DNA of 64,000 bases from Andalucia godoyi And28 (lineage: Eukaryota > Protista > Jakobida): contig VRVR01000018.1 of assembly GCA_009859145.1 (NCBI GenBank), positions 129,688 through 193,687 on the forward strand. The letters are read 5' to 3'. Both the position numbers and the translations under genes were made by a program. The notes under the pieces were generated by a model that saw only the letters and a list, made by a program, of their open reading frames with translations, searched no databases and was not told where the DNA came from. Shown here in pieces: positions 19,901 through 29,087 of this stretch (position 1 is its first letter; the number at the start of each line of letters is the position of its first letter).

Positions 19901-22900
19901 CCGTCTGATTGCTTCTCACACCGATGGGAAAGATGTTTGCTTGTCAGAGGAATCATATATTGATACACTGGCTCCAGTCCTGACAGAGATTCCTACAGCC
20001 GCGCTCGCGTTGTGCAGATGTCTGCGTGCGTATCCGGCATCTTGTCCTCGGTTGTTGGAACGGCTCTGCGGCTTCTATTCTCGGGAATTCGAAGAAAAAC
20101 AACGCACGGCAGCGGATAGGCGCTTTGGGTTTCAAAAGAGGGACCCCGATGTCGGGGAGCTTCCGACGGACGCAAAATCGTTACTGGATCGAGTAGAGAA
20201 GGAGTGGATTCCTCGCGATATCGGGCAGGCTTGGGGAGCTTCTCTTCTCATTGCTATCGCCTTTGTCGAATGTGCATCCTTTATTCCTCGATCAGAAAAC
20301 CAGTTGTTTTTGAGTTTTCTGTTGGACGTTGCTTTCCGAGGGTCATCTGGTGTTGAATACGATCTGTATTTGGAGACTGGTCTGGCCTTTGTGAACGCCA
20401 AAGGTACAAAGGAAGCGGAAGAGTTGCTGCCGATCTTGCTGTCTGGATTGAAGGATTCGCACACTGCGCAAGCTCCCGCTGCTACGGTGCCTTCCGCGAA
20501 GAAGAACAAGGTTTCGTCGACGGCAGGCACTGCCGAGAATGCACATGTCGACGATCAGGTGACATGCGCTCGTGTCATTCTATTGGGCACCCTGTGTCTT
20601 TATTTGCCTGCGTCTCATTCAGCCATGCCCCGAATAGTTGATGCTATGCAGGCTGTTTTGAAGGTCCCCTCGGAGTCTGTTCAACTTTCGGTAGCACAGT
20701 GCCTTGCCCCGATTGTGCACAGGGACAAAGCCCGAGGAAAGACTATCGCAACGGCCTTGTTGCAGCGCGGCTTTTCCGAAACAGTTTCGTATCCAGAGAG
20801 ACGAGGAGCCTTGTTTGGATTTGCCGGGTGTGTGAAGGGATGTGGAATTTTGTTGCTTGGTCAGTTGAAGACGATGCAGCTGCTGTCCGATGCGTGGGCA
20901 AGCAACTCTGTTACGAAGAAGGATTCCTGCTTGATGTTTATTGAAGTTGTATCCATTTTGGTAGGCAATTTAATCGAACCGTATTTGAAGGATCCGATTT
21001 TACCAATTCTGAAGGAGTCGTTCAATGAGACCAGTGACCAAATCAAGGAGGCTTCGGTCTATGCCACGCGGTCGCTTATGAAGGTTTTGTCTCCGTTCGC
21101 TGTGCAGAGCACTCTGCCCATATTGTGGAAAGGGCTGGATGACCGACAGTGGCGATCCAAGGCAGGCTCGGTGGAGCTTCTTGGTCACATGGCCCACTGC
21201 GCACCAAAGCAGCTCAGCGCGAAGCTGCCGGAGACCGTCCCACGTCTGCTTGAGGCTCTGCATGATTCTCATATCAAGGTTGTGGAAGCTGCCAAAAGAG
21301 CGATTGAACGGATTGGTGGTGTGATCCGAACCCCTGAAATCCTTGCAAATGTTTCCGTATTTATCAAAGCATTGGAAGATCCGACAAACAAGAACAACAT
21401 CAAGTCTGCCTTGCATGCGATTACCTCCACTCGATTCCACCATGCGATTGATGCCCCATCTCTTGCCATTATGATCCCCGTTCTGGAACGGTCTCTTGGT
21501 GGAGCCCAGCTGGGAAGCAAGGAATTCCTGACCTCGGAGGACCGAAAGCAAGCATCATTAGTTGTTGGGTCTCTCAGTGAGCTCGTGTCAAATGAACGCG
21601 ATCTCCTTCCTTATTCCGCACGCCTTTTGGAGCCTCTGAAGAACGTTTTGTTTGATCCGATTCCAGAAGTTCGTGTTTCCGCCGCGAAGGCCATTGGAAA
21701 GCTTGCATCGCATCTCCCGAAGAATGCGTTTGAAGATGGAAAGCTAGATCTCTGGTTCGTGAAGATCATGCGTTCAGATGCAGGTGCGATGGAGCGAGCT
21801 GGTGCGGCTCTTGGACTGGCGGAGTTTCTGGGCGCGCTCGGCTATGAGGAGGCCTTTGAAACGCGGTTTGCGTCCAAATTCCTTGTGTTGCAATGCACCA
21901 AGTCTGCGGATTGTGTTGTGGACACGTCAGACCTTTCTTACTATGGAGCCCCGGAAGGTAACGAAAAGGCGTATGTTCGAGATGCATTCTTGCAGTGTGT
22001 TGCCCATATTCCATCTGTAGTTGGCGACGATCTTGGCTCACATGTCTCCGAACTGCTTACTGGTGCGGTGCTGCCAGGCCTGGCGGACGACGCGGAGAAT
22101 GTTCGTCGGTCTGCACTGAAGGCTGGCCAAGTGTTTGTTGAGACATATTCTGCCACTGCGCTTTCTCTGCTTTTGCCAGCTTTGGAGGCTGGTCTTTTTG
22201 CTGGAGACCATCGCATTCGCCATTCGTCCGTTGTTTTGCTCGGCGATTTGCTTCGATTTGTTGCCAATCAGTACAAAGACGCTGTTGAACTGGAGGATGA
22301 AATGGAGAGTGAAGCAGGGATGGAGTTTGTTGCATCTGATCAAGACGAAGGCTATGTCGACAAGAATATGCAGCCCATCTCCGAAGCAGCGATTCGCAAG
22401 TCGCTTGGTGATACGAGAGCAAATGAGCTGTTGGGAAGATTGTTCATTCTTCGATTTGATGTGGAAGGATTTGTTCGTTCTGCTGCCGTGTCGCTGTTTC
22501 GTCTCATTATTGCAAACCCGGCTCGTGCGCTGCGGTCGCTTTTGCCTTTCCTTGTGGAAATGAGCATCCTGGGATGCCTTGCATCACCAAGTGCCCAGCT
22601 ACGAGGTACAGGCAACAATGCGTTGGAAGAATTGGCAACGAAGGCCCCGGATTCGATGGTTCACGAGTACATTCCACTGATGAAGCGAGTCTTTGCTTCC
22701 AAGGATTCCACGGATGCTCAAAAAGAGGCCGTGTGTTTGGGGTTGGTGGAAATGCTCGAATCTCCGAATTCGAAGCGGATCATTGCTGTGGCTTCTGCGG
22801 ATGTCATGACGCAAATGCGTGCCGCCCTTGCGGATCCATCAGATGTCGTGCGAACTGCAGCCTCTGCGGTCTTGGATTCTGTGATGCAGGCGTCCGGCGC

Positions 22901-24959
22901 TCGTGCGATGGATTCCATTGTTGCTCCGTTGATCCAGGAACTTACTGCTCCCACGCCATCCTCGGAGGGCGCTCGGGAACGTGCTATGTCTGCTATGGAC
23001 GAGTTGCTGGACCTGCGGGCACATGTGGTGATTCCGGTTGTGATGCAGACCGTCGATGCTGTTGCGTTCCCTGGGCTCTTGGGTCATGTCGCTCGCAAGG
23101 CAGCAACCTCTATGGGTCAGTATGTAGATTCACTCCTAGAACAGTGGTTGGTAGCACTGGACCGCGGTGTTGCGTTAAAGGAGAACGTCTTTGAAGGACT
23201 CATTGGGCTCATGCATGCGGTTTCCAATGTCAACAATCTGATCGAGAAGTTGAAGAAGTGGATGGACCGCGAGAATGCGTTGGTTCGAAAGGCCTGTGTT
23301 CTCTGTTTTGCGGCCTTTGCGGAAGTGCAAGGATCGCGCATCATTGAGACCTGTGGATTCGAAGGATGGATCCGGCTGCTGAGCATGGTCAACGAGCGCG
23401 CTGATGATACTGATTCGGGTGTACTGGAGCAGGTTGTGCTCGCGAATACCGCATTGGTGGGTTCTGTCAAAAAGGACGATGCCCTTGCCAGCACAGCATT
23501 CTTGTCAGACATTTGGCGTACTTGGCGTCATGCCCGAAAGGTCGCGTACTCGGGGGGATCCGCGAATCAAGAATACGTGCTTCCGTTGTTTGCAAGTTCG
23601 ACGAAGGCAATATCGCCGTTTGCAACTCTTTTTGCAGCTGGGCTTGGTACGGGCACCAACGAACAGCGCTATCTTTGCTCTCGGTTGCTGGCATTCATCC
23701 TGGTTTTTTCTCCATTTGAAATCCTGAAGACGCAGTTGATGACGATGGTCGGGCCTCTGATTCGCGTTCTTGGCGATTATCAGCGAACAGGTTCGACAGT
23801 GTCCTCTTCTTCCACTGCGGTCGTCAAAGGAGGCCTTTTGCTGGCCATGCATGCTGCTTTGGTAGCAGGTGCACCGGCTTTGAAGGCTCTCTTCCCTCAG
23901 ATCCAGACCACGGTATCTCGTGCACTGTCCGATTCGTCGACGACTGAACGAGATGCTCTGGACCTTGATGACCTTGTTATCACTACTCGCGATGACCGGA
24001 AGGTTGTTCTGACTGCGTATTCCACAGGACTGCTGTCTGCTCGAACAGGACATGCGTTATCACAGTCCTTCCGAGTGTCGACTATTGCGTCACTTGCTTG
24101 CGCCTCGCTTGCTCCCCATATTATGCGACCGGAGCAATTTGTGTCGGATCTTGTCCGTGATCGTCATTGGCTGGCACTGCAAGTTGCCATCCGTTCGCTG
24201 TCTGGCTCCGGAAAGTTGTCGAAAGACTTTGTTGCAGCCCAAGTCAAGTCGATTGCAGTTGCAGGTATCAGCGGGACACGTGACCTGCCAGAGCAGCTGT
24301 CTGCTTCTCAGTGCATTCATTCGCTGTTGTGTCTGATCCCGTCTGATGAAGCAGCCCAGTTGTTCTCCTGCGAACTGAGCGCGCTCGATACTCCCTCTAA
24401 ACAAGTCATGCTGTGCGTTTCTGCGTCCATCTCGTTTGCTGTTGTCCCGTCCACCGTTGTGGATCTTGTTTCTTCTATTCTCTCGTCTCCACAATCCGCT
24501 GCGTCTGCACCGAATGACTGGATGGCAATTGCAAAGCTGATTCGAAAATATGTTGTTGCGTCACATATCGACAAGATGGCAGTCTCGGATGCCGTTTGGA
24601 TCAAATGGATGACTTCGTTGCGAAATGTTATGCAATCCTCATCAAACATTGACATACGCCATGCCATCGCTCGTGTGTTTGTCCGCGTGGTTCGTGACGT
24701 TGCATTGTCGATGGAGGATCTCCGTGGGATGTCGTACGACGCCGTCAAGCTTGCGGTTTCCGGTGTTGTGCATGCTTCTCGTGACCGCATTCTTCCCATC
24801 AAGACCTGTGGCGAAGAAGCGATTCGCGTGTTCTTTGCGCCTCGATCAGTCCGCGTAACAGATTGGGTTCTGAATGTCCCGGATGAAGAGACGATTGAAC
24901 GTGTTCTCAGCAAAGGAAAGGGGGTCGATTCCGAAGACATCGATTCCGACTTCGACTAA
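16923..24959 (+). CDS. GCN1: Translational activator GCN1 (HEAT-repeat eIF2-alpha kinase activator), 2678 aa
   Basis: Intronless ORF with hallmark segments: LKVPSESVQLSVAQCLAP, DDRQWRSKAGSVELLGHMAHCAPKQLSAKLP, DPIPEVRVSAAKAIG, GLADDAENVR, RIRHSSVVLLGDLL, MVGPLIRVLGD. Confidence 0.97.
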   Translation: MSANVDDVAGIPQMDFAIGMFALTNPSVKFQQTFLHTQFQPWLDATDATVFQESQASEFVAFLSHILISRPPYPETQHAIEDVIYKLCKAASVSELTPAQKSLIEKLNQFFMVTFKRATATLIMNPSMPQGTVLQLVRYITAFIGSVFNLGVPFFNTVASWQACAMNMNLIGNHGSKNRAFMKRMLSVVAKEGRLEELMDKYAAYFLSSESSASVGLLALLDALLSYFFHVPSPLKISYTKHADTLFHVAVRILADCRLRVADSQARPIVLFLMKEGVIPQEKVAGLFQNSVIPALQRSLLRSPENVAGATAFILEKLSFVDMSAHAKKMFENCCTMLKSTNPLVVKDGARLATALYARTKDQKAAAEGATEIARLLRSKPSEASQAAILDFISKHYDPSTMNVCVDAALEVEGNPQAFGRLLKLHCNAASLKSSFKNEALVVEALRFLVHHPSHAADITKELEMLLTQKKNSVPEKVFLAHILNIPSKDFFLDVEVFKKISSASDRLILAEYLFRSDGFGLLKLLLAGDANRRVRSYALQRFSLELLKDFDAAHVTRENLTGIMLNAPKASISSLTPVESVGMLLDAASQHLVDCVVVDGHFNVGHAVECVHRVRFGFSVGILCRISESAAPIEEYFSRRIPQLAKSLRELNDLPMEDISIYEASFLPRIAEDVATPTQTSASVSKGKKPALSALDKKNLEKEKVQKEKEAEAVKLVTETIEQAKKNILEVSSVFVSAARFGREFSPAVTTLLFPGLSSKYIHNECFEALRNLVRCVCYGHGMAPFSQLDENAAESVEDAESLMRMQELILLARRLFGSSLDPTRSAVDDEVPFAFRLLSQFLERLAGRPLSEYAFLFFYPVCDRIISDEQFGLEEEVLSMALALLSMHSPLKSLYRRTDVLATLIKVFDSQFASLYRTAAQSITIAASHATLAELDPVVNGLLAEREIVRAACLNALDACPVLKQVDLFSPESHLLSRNLMIASCVSDRGARLIASHTDGKDVCLSEESYIDTLAPVLTEIPTAALALCRCLRAYPASCPRLLERLCGFYSREFEEKQRTAADRRFGFQKRDPDVGELPTDAKSLLDRVEKEWIPRDIGQAWGASLLIAIAFVECASFIPRSENQLFLSFLLDVAFRGSSGVEYDLYLETGLAFVNAKGTKEAEELLPILLSGLKDSHTAQAPAATVPSAKKNKVSSTAGTAENAHVDDQVTCARVILLGTLCLYLPASHSAMPRIVDAMQAVLKVPSESVQLSVAQCLAPIVHRDKARGKTIATALLQRGFSETVSYPERRGALFGFAGCVKGCGILLLGQLKTMQLLSDAWASNSVTKKDSCLMFIEVVSILVGNLIEPYLKDPILPILKESFNETSDQIKEASVYATRSLMKVLSPFAVQSTLPILWKGLDDRQWRSKAGSVELLGHMAHCAPKQLSAKLPETVPRLLEALHDSHIKVVEAAKRAIERIGGVIRTPEILANVSVFIKALEDPTNKNNIKSALHAITSTRFHHAIDAPSLAIMIPVLERSLGGAQLGSKEFLTSEDRKQASLVVGSLSELVSNERDLLPYSARLLEPLKNVLFDPIPEVRVSAAKAIGKLASHLPKNAFEDGKLDLWFVKIMRSDAGAMERAGAALGLAEFLGALGYEEAFETRFASKFLVLQCTKSADCVVDTSDLSYYGAPEGNEKAYVRDAFLQCVAHIPSVVGDDLGSHVSELLTGAVLPGLADDAENVRRSALKAGQVFVETYSATALSLLLPALEAGLFAGDHRIRHSSVVLLGDLLRFVANQYKDAVELEDEMESEAGMEFVASDQDEGYVDKNMQPISEAAIRKSLGDTRANELLGRLFILRFDVEGFVRSAAVSLFRLIIANPARALRSLLPFLVEMSILGCLASPSAQLRGTGNNALEELATKAPDSMVHEYIPLMKRVFASKDSTDAQKEAVCLGLVEMLESPNSKRIIAVASADVMTQMRAALADPSDVVRTAASAVLDSVMQASGARAMDSIVAPLIQELTAPTPSSEGARERAMSAMDELLDLRAHVVIPVVMQTVDAVAFPGLLGHVARKAATSMGQYVDSLLEQWLVALDRGVALKENVFEGLIGLMHAVSNVNNLIEKLKKWMDRENALVRKACVLCFAAFAEVQGSRIIETCGFEGWIRLLSMVNERADDTDSGVLEQVVLANTALVGSVKKDDALASTAFLSDIWRTWRHARKVAYSGGSANQEYVLPLFASSTKAISPFATLFAAGLGTGTNEQRYLCSRLLAFILVFSPFEILKTQLMTMVGPLIRVLGDYQRTGSTVSSSSTAVVKGGLLLAMHAALVAGAPALKALFPQIQTTVSRALSDSSTTERDALDLDDLVITTRDDRKVVLTAYSTGLLSARTGHALSQSFRVSTIASLACASLAPHIMRPEQFVSDLVRDRHWLALQVAIRSLSGSGKLSKDFVAAQVKSIAVAGISGTRDLPEQLSASQCIHSLLCLIPSDEAAQLFSCELSALDTPSKQVMLCVSASISFAVVPSTVVDLVSSILSSPQSAASAPNDWMAIAKLIRKYVVASHIDKMAVSDAVWIKWMTSLRNVMQSSSNIDIRHAIARVFVRVVRDVALSMEDLRGMSYDAVKLAVSGVVHASRDRILPIKTCGEEAIRVFFAPRSVRVTDWVLNVPDEETIERVLSKGKGVDSEDIDSDFD

Positions 24960-25479
24960 CGTACCAGTGGCTCGAAAACGAGCATCGTCAATACATTAGT
25001 GTCGACAGAATGGCAAGTGGTGTTGGTTGCATTTTCGGATGGTCATGAAAAAAAAAAAAGAAAACCTGTTGTGCAAATAGTATCCCTTTCCCATAGTTGT
25101 AGCGCAGTCCGGGTATTGTTGATGCATTGTCAACGATGGCTAGGGTTGGCGATGTGCGCCCTAAAAGTTGTTGCTCTGCATCCTGCAGACATCTCCTGGA
25201 CTGCTGTATCAACGACGGTCGGAACCTCAAAACAGAGTCGCGAACACTCACTCCGCCTCCCTAACTTTTTGAACTGTTCTCATCAGATTTTATATTTCGT
25301 TTTCATCGTCTCTGACAAGAATGCTTGAAAACGCTAACGTAGGAGGTTTTTCCCCCCATCCAGTTAGAATGAAATATGTAAAAGTGCTGGTGCCTGCCCC
25401 CACCCTCTTAAGATGAGTGTTTGTCGTAGGGTCGATTGTCATGCAATACTGCACTTTTTTTTCTACCAATTAGTACCGA

Positions 25480-25847
25480 TGCCACTTATTGCGATACGAT
25501 GAAGCAATCTAAAAACATACGTAAAACAGAACCACTGCCACGCGCCATGCACATGCGTTTGCTATCTTGACAATTCCGTCACACGATGCCCGATTCGTTT
25601 CGCCCCATTTTGATCATGAAATCCCTATAAACACGCCGCCGCGTTGCATTCTCGCACAGCGACGCTCATTTCATTTCTTTATTCTTATTGTCTATGCAAC
25701 GCAACATCTATCTTGGGAACGTCGCTCATGCCGAGGGGCGTGTTGGGACCTACCCCCTTCCCAATCATGCTATGCTTGTTGTTGGGTTGCAGCATTGATT
25801 ATGGGTGATCAGCGATGAGTATCCGTGGTTAGTGTACAATGTAGGCG
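25480..25847 (+). repeat. Dispersed ~370-bp non-coding element, copy B
   Basis: Runs from TGCCACTTATTGCGA to AGTGTACAATGTAGGCG and aligns with copies A and C. Confidence 0.95.
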
Positions 25848-25916
25848 ATGCAGTGCTTCGCAGGCAGGCGCTCGTGACCATCTGCTGTATCATCAATCCT
25901 GTGGTGGGAATCCATG

Positions 25917-25950
25917 CTTGAGTGACCTCGTTACTTGAGTGACCTCGTTG
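25917..25950. repeat. 17-bp tandem duplication CTTGAGTGACCTCGTT(A/G) x2
   Basis: Units at 25917-25933 and 25934-25950, differing only in the last base. Confidence 0.9.
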
Positions 25951-26123
25951 TTTGCATTTCTCTGCAATTCCCGCGAAATTGAAAGACCTTTTTGGAATGG
26001 CGTTTTCTTTTTCTCTTTCCAGTTTGCATTTCGCCCTTTTGCGCTTCGTTCAAACCCGTTAGCTTGTTTGTTATTTTTGTGGTGCATCTTTTTTATTTTG
26101 TTGGAATTTTGGTTTGGTTCCAT

Positions 26124-28856
26124 ATGTTTCGTGGATTGGTGCAAAGCAATCTCTGCAATTATGTGGAGTCCGCAGATGCGGTTCTTGGCTGTGTTTCAGA
26201 AAACCTTCGCACCTTGGCAAGTCTCGTGCTGAGTGCCGCAGATGGAGGTTCGTTGTCTGTGCTGACGTCGACTGATCCTGTCATCGCGCAACTTCTTTCG
26301 GCAAGTCATGCTGCGGACACTGCGGACATCTCAGAATGCTTGGACTATGGCATTAGAAACATGATCAAGAAAACGGAGGATGTACAAGAGTTTGAGTTGG
26401 CTGTGCTGGCAATTCTTTCAGCATCGCTGAACTTGTTTGTCCAAATTGACTGTGTGGGTCCTCCTCTTGAGGACTTCGTAGTGCTTGATTCTATTTTCCG
26501 TGGAACCGCAAAGTCGTTTTCGGTTTTGGATCCTGAAATGAATGCAAAGTTTGCTGTGGCGTTGAGCCGTGCTGGTGGTGGCGCGGCTGCCGTCGACAAG
26601 CATGTGGCGAATTTGTTTCTTATGTTTATTGGGGTGGCTATTGTACATCATCCACTGGTGGCGGCTGCATTCCAAACACCAGAACTGAAAATTGCGTTCG
26701 AATGGTGGGCTGCACGGACGGTTGCCATGCATCAGCACCTGATGGAAGAAAGGACGGATGTAATGTTTGCCAGAGTTCAGAGAAGCTTTGAAAGCGTCAT
26801 TGATGGAGCGCGGGTACTTTCCTTTGATTTGAAACTGCAGGCGCTGATGCGACTGGAATATGCGTTGTGCTTGATTGATTATGAATATGCTGGCTTTGCC
26901 TCGGCGACCGAACAGCTGTTTGCTCAAGGTTGGAAGCTGTCTGGATTGCAGATGAAGCTTACGGGTGCCAAGGGTCGGAGAACAAAATTCCAAACATTTG
27001 ACACTGCACAGTTGCTTCTTGCAACGAAAGTTGTTGAACCGGCACCCGTTGATGATGTTGTTGAGAGCGTCCGAATTGGGGAGGTTGACAAGAACACCAA
27101 CAAGCCGCTGGATCTGGATGCTATCCTTGAAGACTTGCGCCGCATGCCGTCGGCTGATGGTACGAAGGTTTCTGTGAATTCAGCCGCTCCTGTGTCCATG
27201 GCGATCCCCTTGCAGGACGATGTTCTGTTGGAATCTGTAGCTCTCAACCAAGATCTTCTCGATGTCCCTGTCGAAGAACTCAACGGTCCGTTGGATCCTA
27301 TTCACCTTGGCTTTTTGCATGCCGAAGTGCTGCAGACTCTGCTGAGGGAGACCGACGACGAGCAACGACGCGAAAAGATCCTCGCAATTATTGAAAGATG
27401 CTTGCGATCCCCGGGATCTTGCTTTGCGGTTTTTCGTGGCATCCTTGTTCAGCGATCGTTGTTGGACATGGAGAAATCGAGAAAGGTAGAACGAGGGATT
27501 ATGCAATTGGATGCTTTGTACGAGGAAATGGCCTCCTTCACTCGCCGCACACATGGTGGCCATGTGCCTGCGGAGCCTGCAGCAGAGCGCCTGCGGTTTG
27601 TGTACGCTGCCTCGCCTATGCATCTGATGAATTCTGTGGACATGGCACGATTGCTTGGAAAGTCGTACCTCAAAATTGGTGCTGCTGCGACGGCGCTGTC
27701 TCATTTTGACAATCTGAAAATGTGGGAAGACGCACTGACGTGTCTTGTAGTTTGTGGAAGAACAGAAGAAGCACAACAGAGAATCGAAGAGATGACGAGG
27801 CGAGATGCAAAGTTGTTGTCGGATCCCAAGATTCTAACGTGGATGGGAGACCTTACTGGAGATTTGAGGTGGTACGACGAAGCATCGAACTCCTTCGGCC
27901 GCCCATACGCTCGTGCCGTTCGAGCCAAGGCGCATATTTATGTGAAGAAAGGAATGAACGAGGATGCGTGCAGAGAATTCGAAGTTGCCCTCAAGATCAA
28001 TTCGATGTTCCCGGCGTCGTGGTTTGCGTACGGATGCGCAAGCCTGGCGTGCGGAGACTACCAGACCTCGCGGTACGCGTTCCTTCGAACGGTTCAGCTG
28101 GTGCCTGACGATGCAGAGGCGTGGAGCAACTTGTCCGTTGCCTTGCACAAGCTTGGAGAACGCAAGCAAGCTCTGTCTGCTCTGTCACACGCCCTGAGAA
28201 GCAAGCACGATAATTGGAAGATGTGGTCCAATTACATGTTGATCGCTGCGGAAGACGGTGATTTCAAGGGTATTGTACAATCCCTAAGGCGGCTCCACGA
28301 AATTCGTCCAAGGGAAGTTGAACTCGAGATGCTCCAAAAAGTGTCAAATATCGCAATTCGCATTGCTCAGCAAAACGCACAGACGTGTGAAGCTTTTGCA
28401 GAGTTCCGACCCGACTGGGTTCTCCAAGTCGTCAACCAGCTGTTTGTGCAGATCACGTCTCATGTGTCTGATCTTCTCGCTGTCTGGACGTTGTGGTCGC
28501 AGTTTATGCGGATGGTGGGAGAAAGCCCGCTGGCATCGACATTTGATCGACCTCTGCAAAAGTCTGTGGAGTATGCAGTGACTGCGGTGAATGTAGCATC
28601 CTGTCCCGGCTTCGAGTCTGCGCCCCCCATGCTGAAACGCGTATTCGAGACAGCTCGTGGTTACTTGCTTTCTGTGTTTGCCGCTTGTCAGCACGATGCA
28701 AATCCAGTGGAAGAATTCAAAAAGGCGAAATTGAAGGCGAGATTGTTTTTGCGACCGCTAATGATGCGTGCACAACGCAACATTTCAGAATCTCCTGAAT
28801 ACCACGATTTTGAGGCTCTTGTGAGCAGGATTGACACTCTTGAGCAAGGAATTTGA
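26124..28856 (+). CDS. TTC27: TPR-repeat protein TTC27/Emw1-like (910 aa)
   Basis: KLTGAKGRRTKFQTFDTAQL, LQDDVLLE, IGAAATALSHF..LKMWEDALTCL, ALKINSMFPASWFAYGC, AWSNLS, NWKMWSNY. Start placed at the first ATG after the T-rich leader. Confidence 0.9.
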   Translation: MFRGLVQSNLCNYVESADAVLGCVSENLRTLASLVLSAADGGSLSVLTSTDPVIAQLLSASHAADTADISECLDYGIRNMIKKTEDVQEFELAVLAILSASLNLFVQIDCVGPPLEDFVVLDSIFRGTAKSFSVLDPEMNAKFAVALSRAGGGAAAVDKHVANLFLMFIGVAIVHHPLVAAAFQTPELKIAFEWWAARTVAMHQHLMEERTDVMFARVQRSFESVIDGARVLSFDLKLQALMRLEYALCLIDYEYAGFASATEQLFAQGWKLSGLQMKLTGAKGRRTKFQTFDTAQLLLATKVVEPAPVDDVVESVRIGEVDKNTNKPLDLDAILEDLRRMPSADGTKVSVNSAAPVSMAIPLQDDVLLESVALNQDLLDVPVEELNGPLDPIHLGFLHAEVLQTLLRETDDEQRREKILAIIERCLRSPGSCFAVFRGILVQRSLLDMEKSRKVERGIMQLDALYEEMASFTRRTHGGHVPAEPAAERLRFVYAASPMHLMNSVDMARLLGKSYLKIGAAATALSHFDNLKMWEDALTCLVVCGRTEEAQQRIEEMTRRDAKLLSDPKILTWMGDLTGDLRWYDEASNSFGRPYARAVRAKAHIYVKKGMNEDACREFEVALKINSMFPASWFAYGCASLACGDYQTSRYAFLRTVQLVPDDAEAWSNLSVALHKLGERKQALSALSHALRSKHDNWKMWSNYMLIAAEDGDFKGIVQSLRRLHEIRPREVELEMLQKVSNIAIRIAQQNAQTCEAFAEFRPDWVLQVVNQLFVQITSHVSDLLAVWTLWSQFMRMVGESPLASTFDRPLQKSVEYAVTAVNVASCPGFESAPPMLKRVFETARGYLLSVFAACQHDANPVEEFKKAKLKARLFLRPLMMRAQRNISESPEYHDFEALVSRIDTLEQGI

Positions 28857-29087
28857 CAGGGTGCCAAAAGGAGGGCGTGTACTATGCAACAGCAGCAGCA
28901 GCAGCAGCAGCGTGAAGTTGGGGGAGATCAAGGATCGTCGCATTTATTCAAATATTCTCCAGATGAGTGTTTACAATGCACCTGCACTGCTTGCAGCAAC
29001 TGGATTTGATATTAGACATTTATTGTGGCTCTAGAGGAGAATGCTGTTTTTAAATAAAAAACACGTCGAATGATACCGAAAGCATTC

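Noticed and set aside
25600-25615. Sm-site-like ATTTTG(A/G) in the element (snRNA or spliced-leader RNA idea)
   Set aside because: No conserved GT donor in all copies and no U1/U2/U4/U5 signature; gene orientations are not polycistronic.
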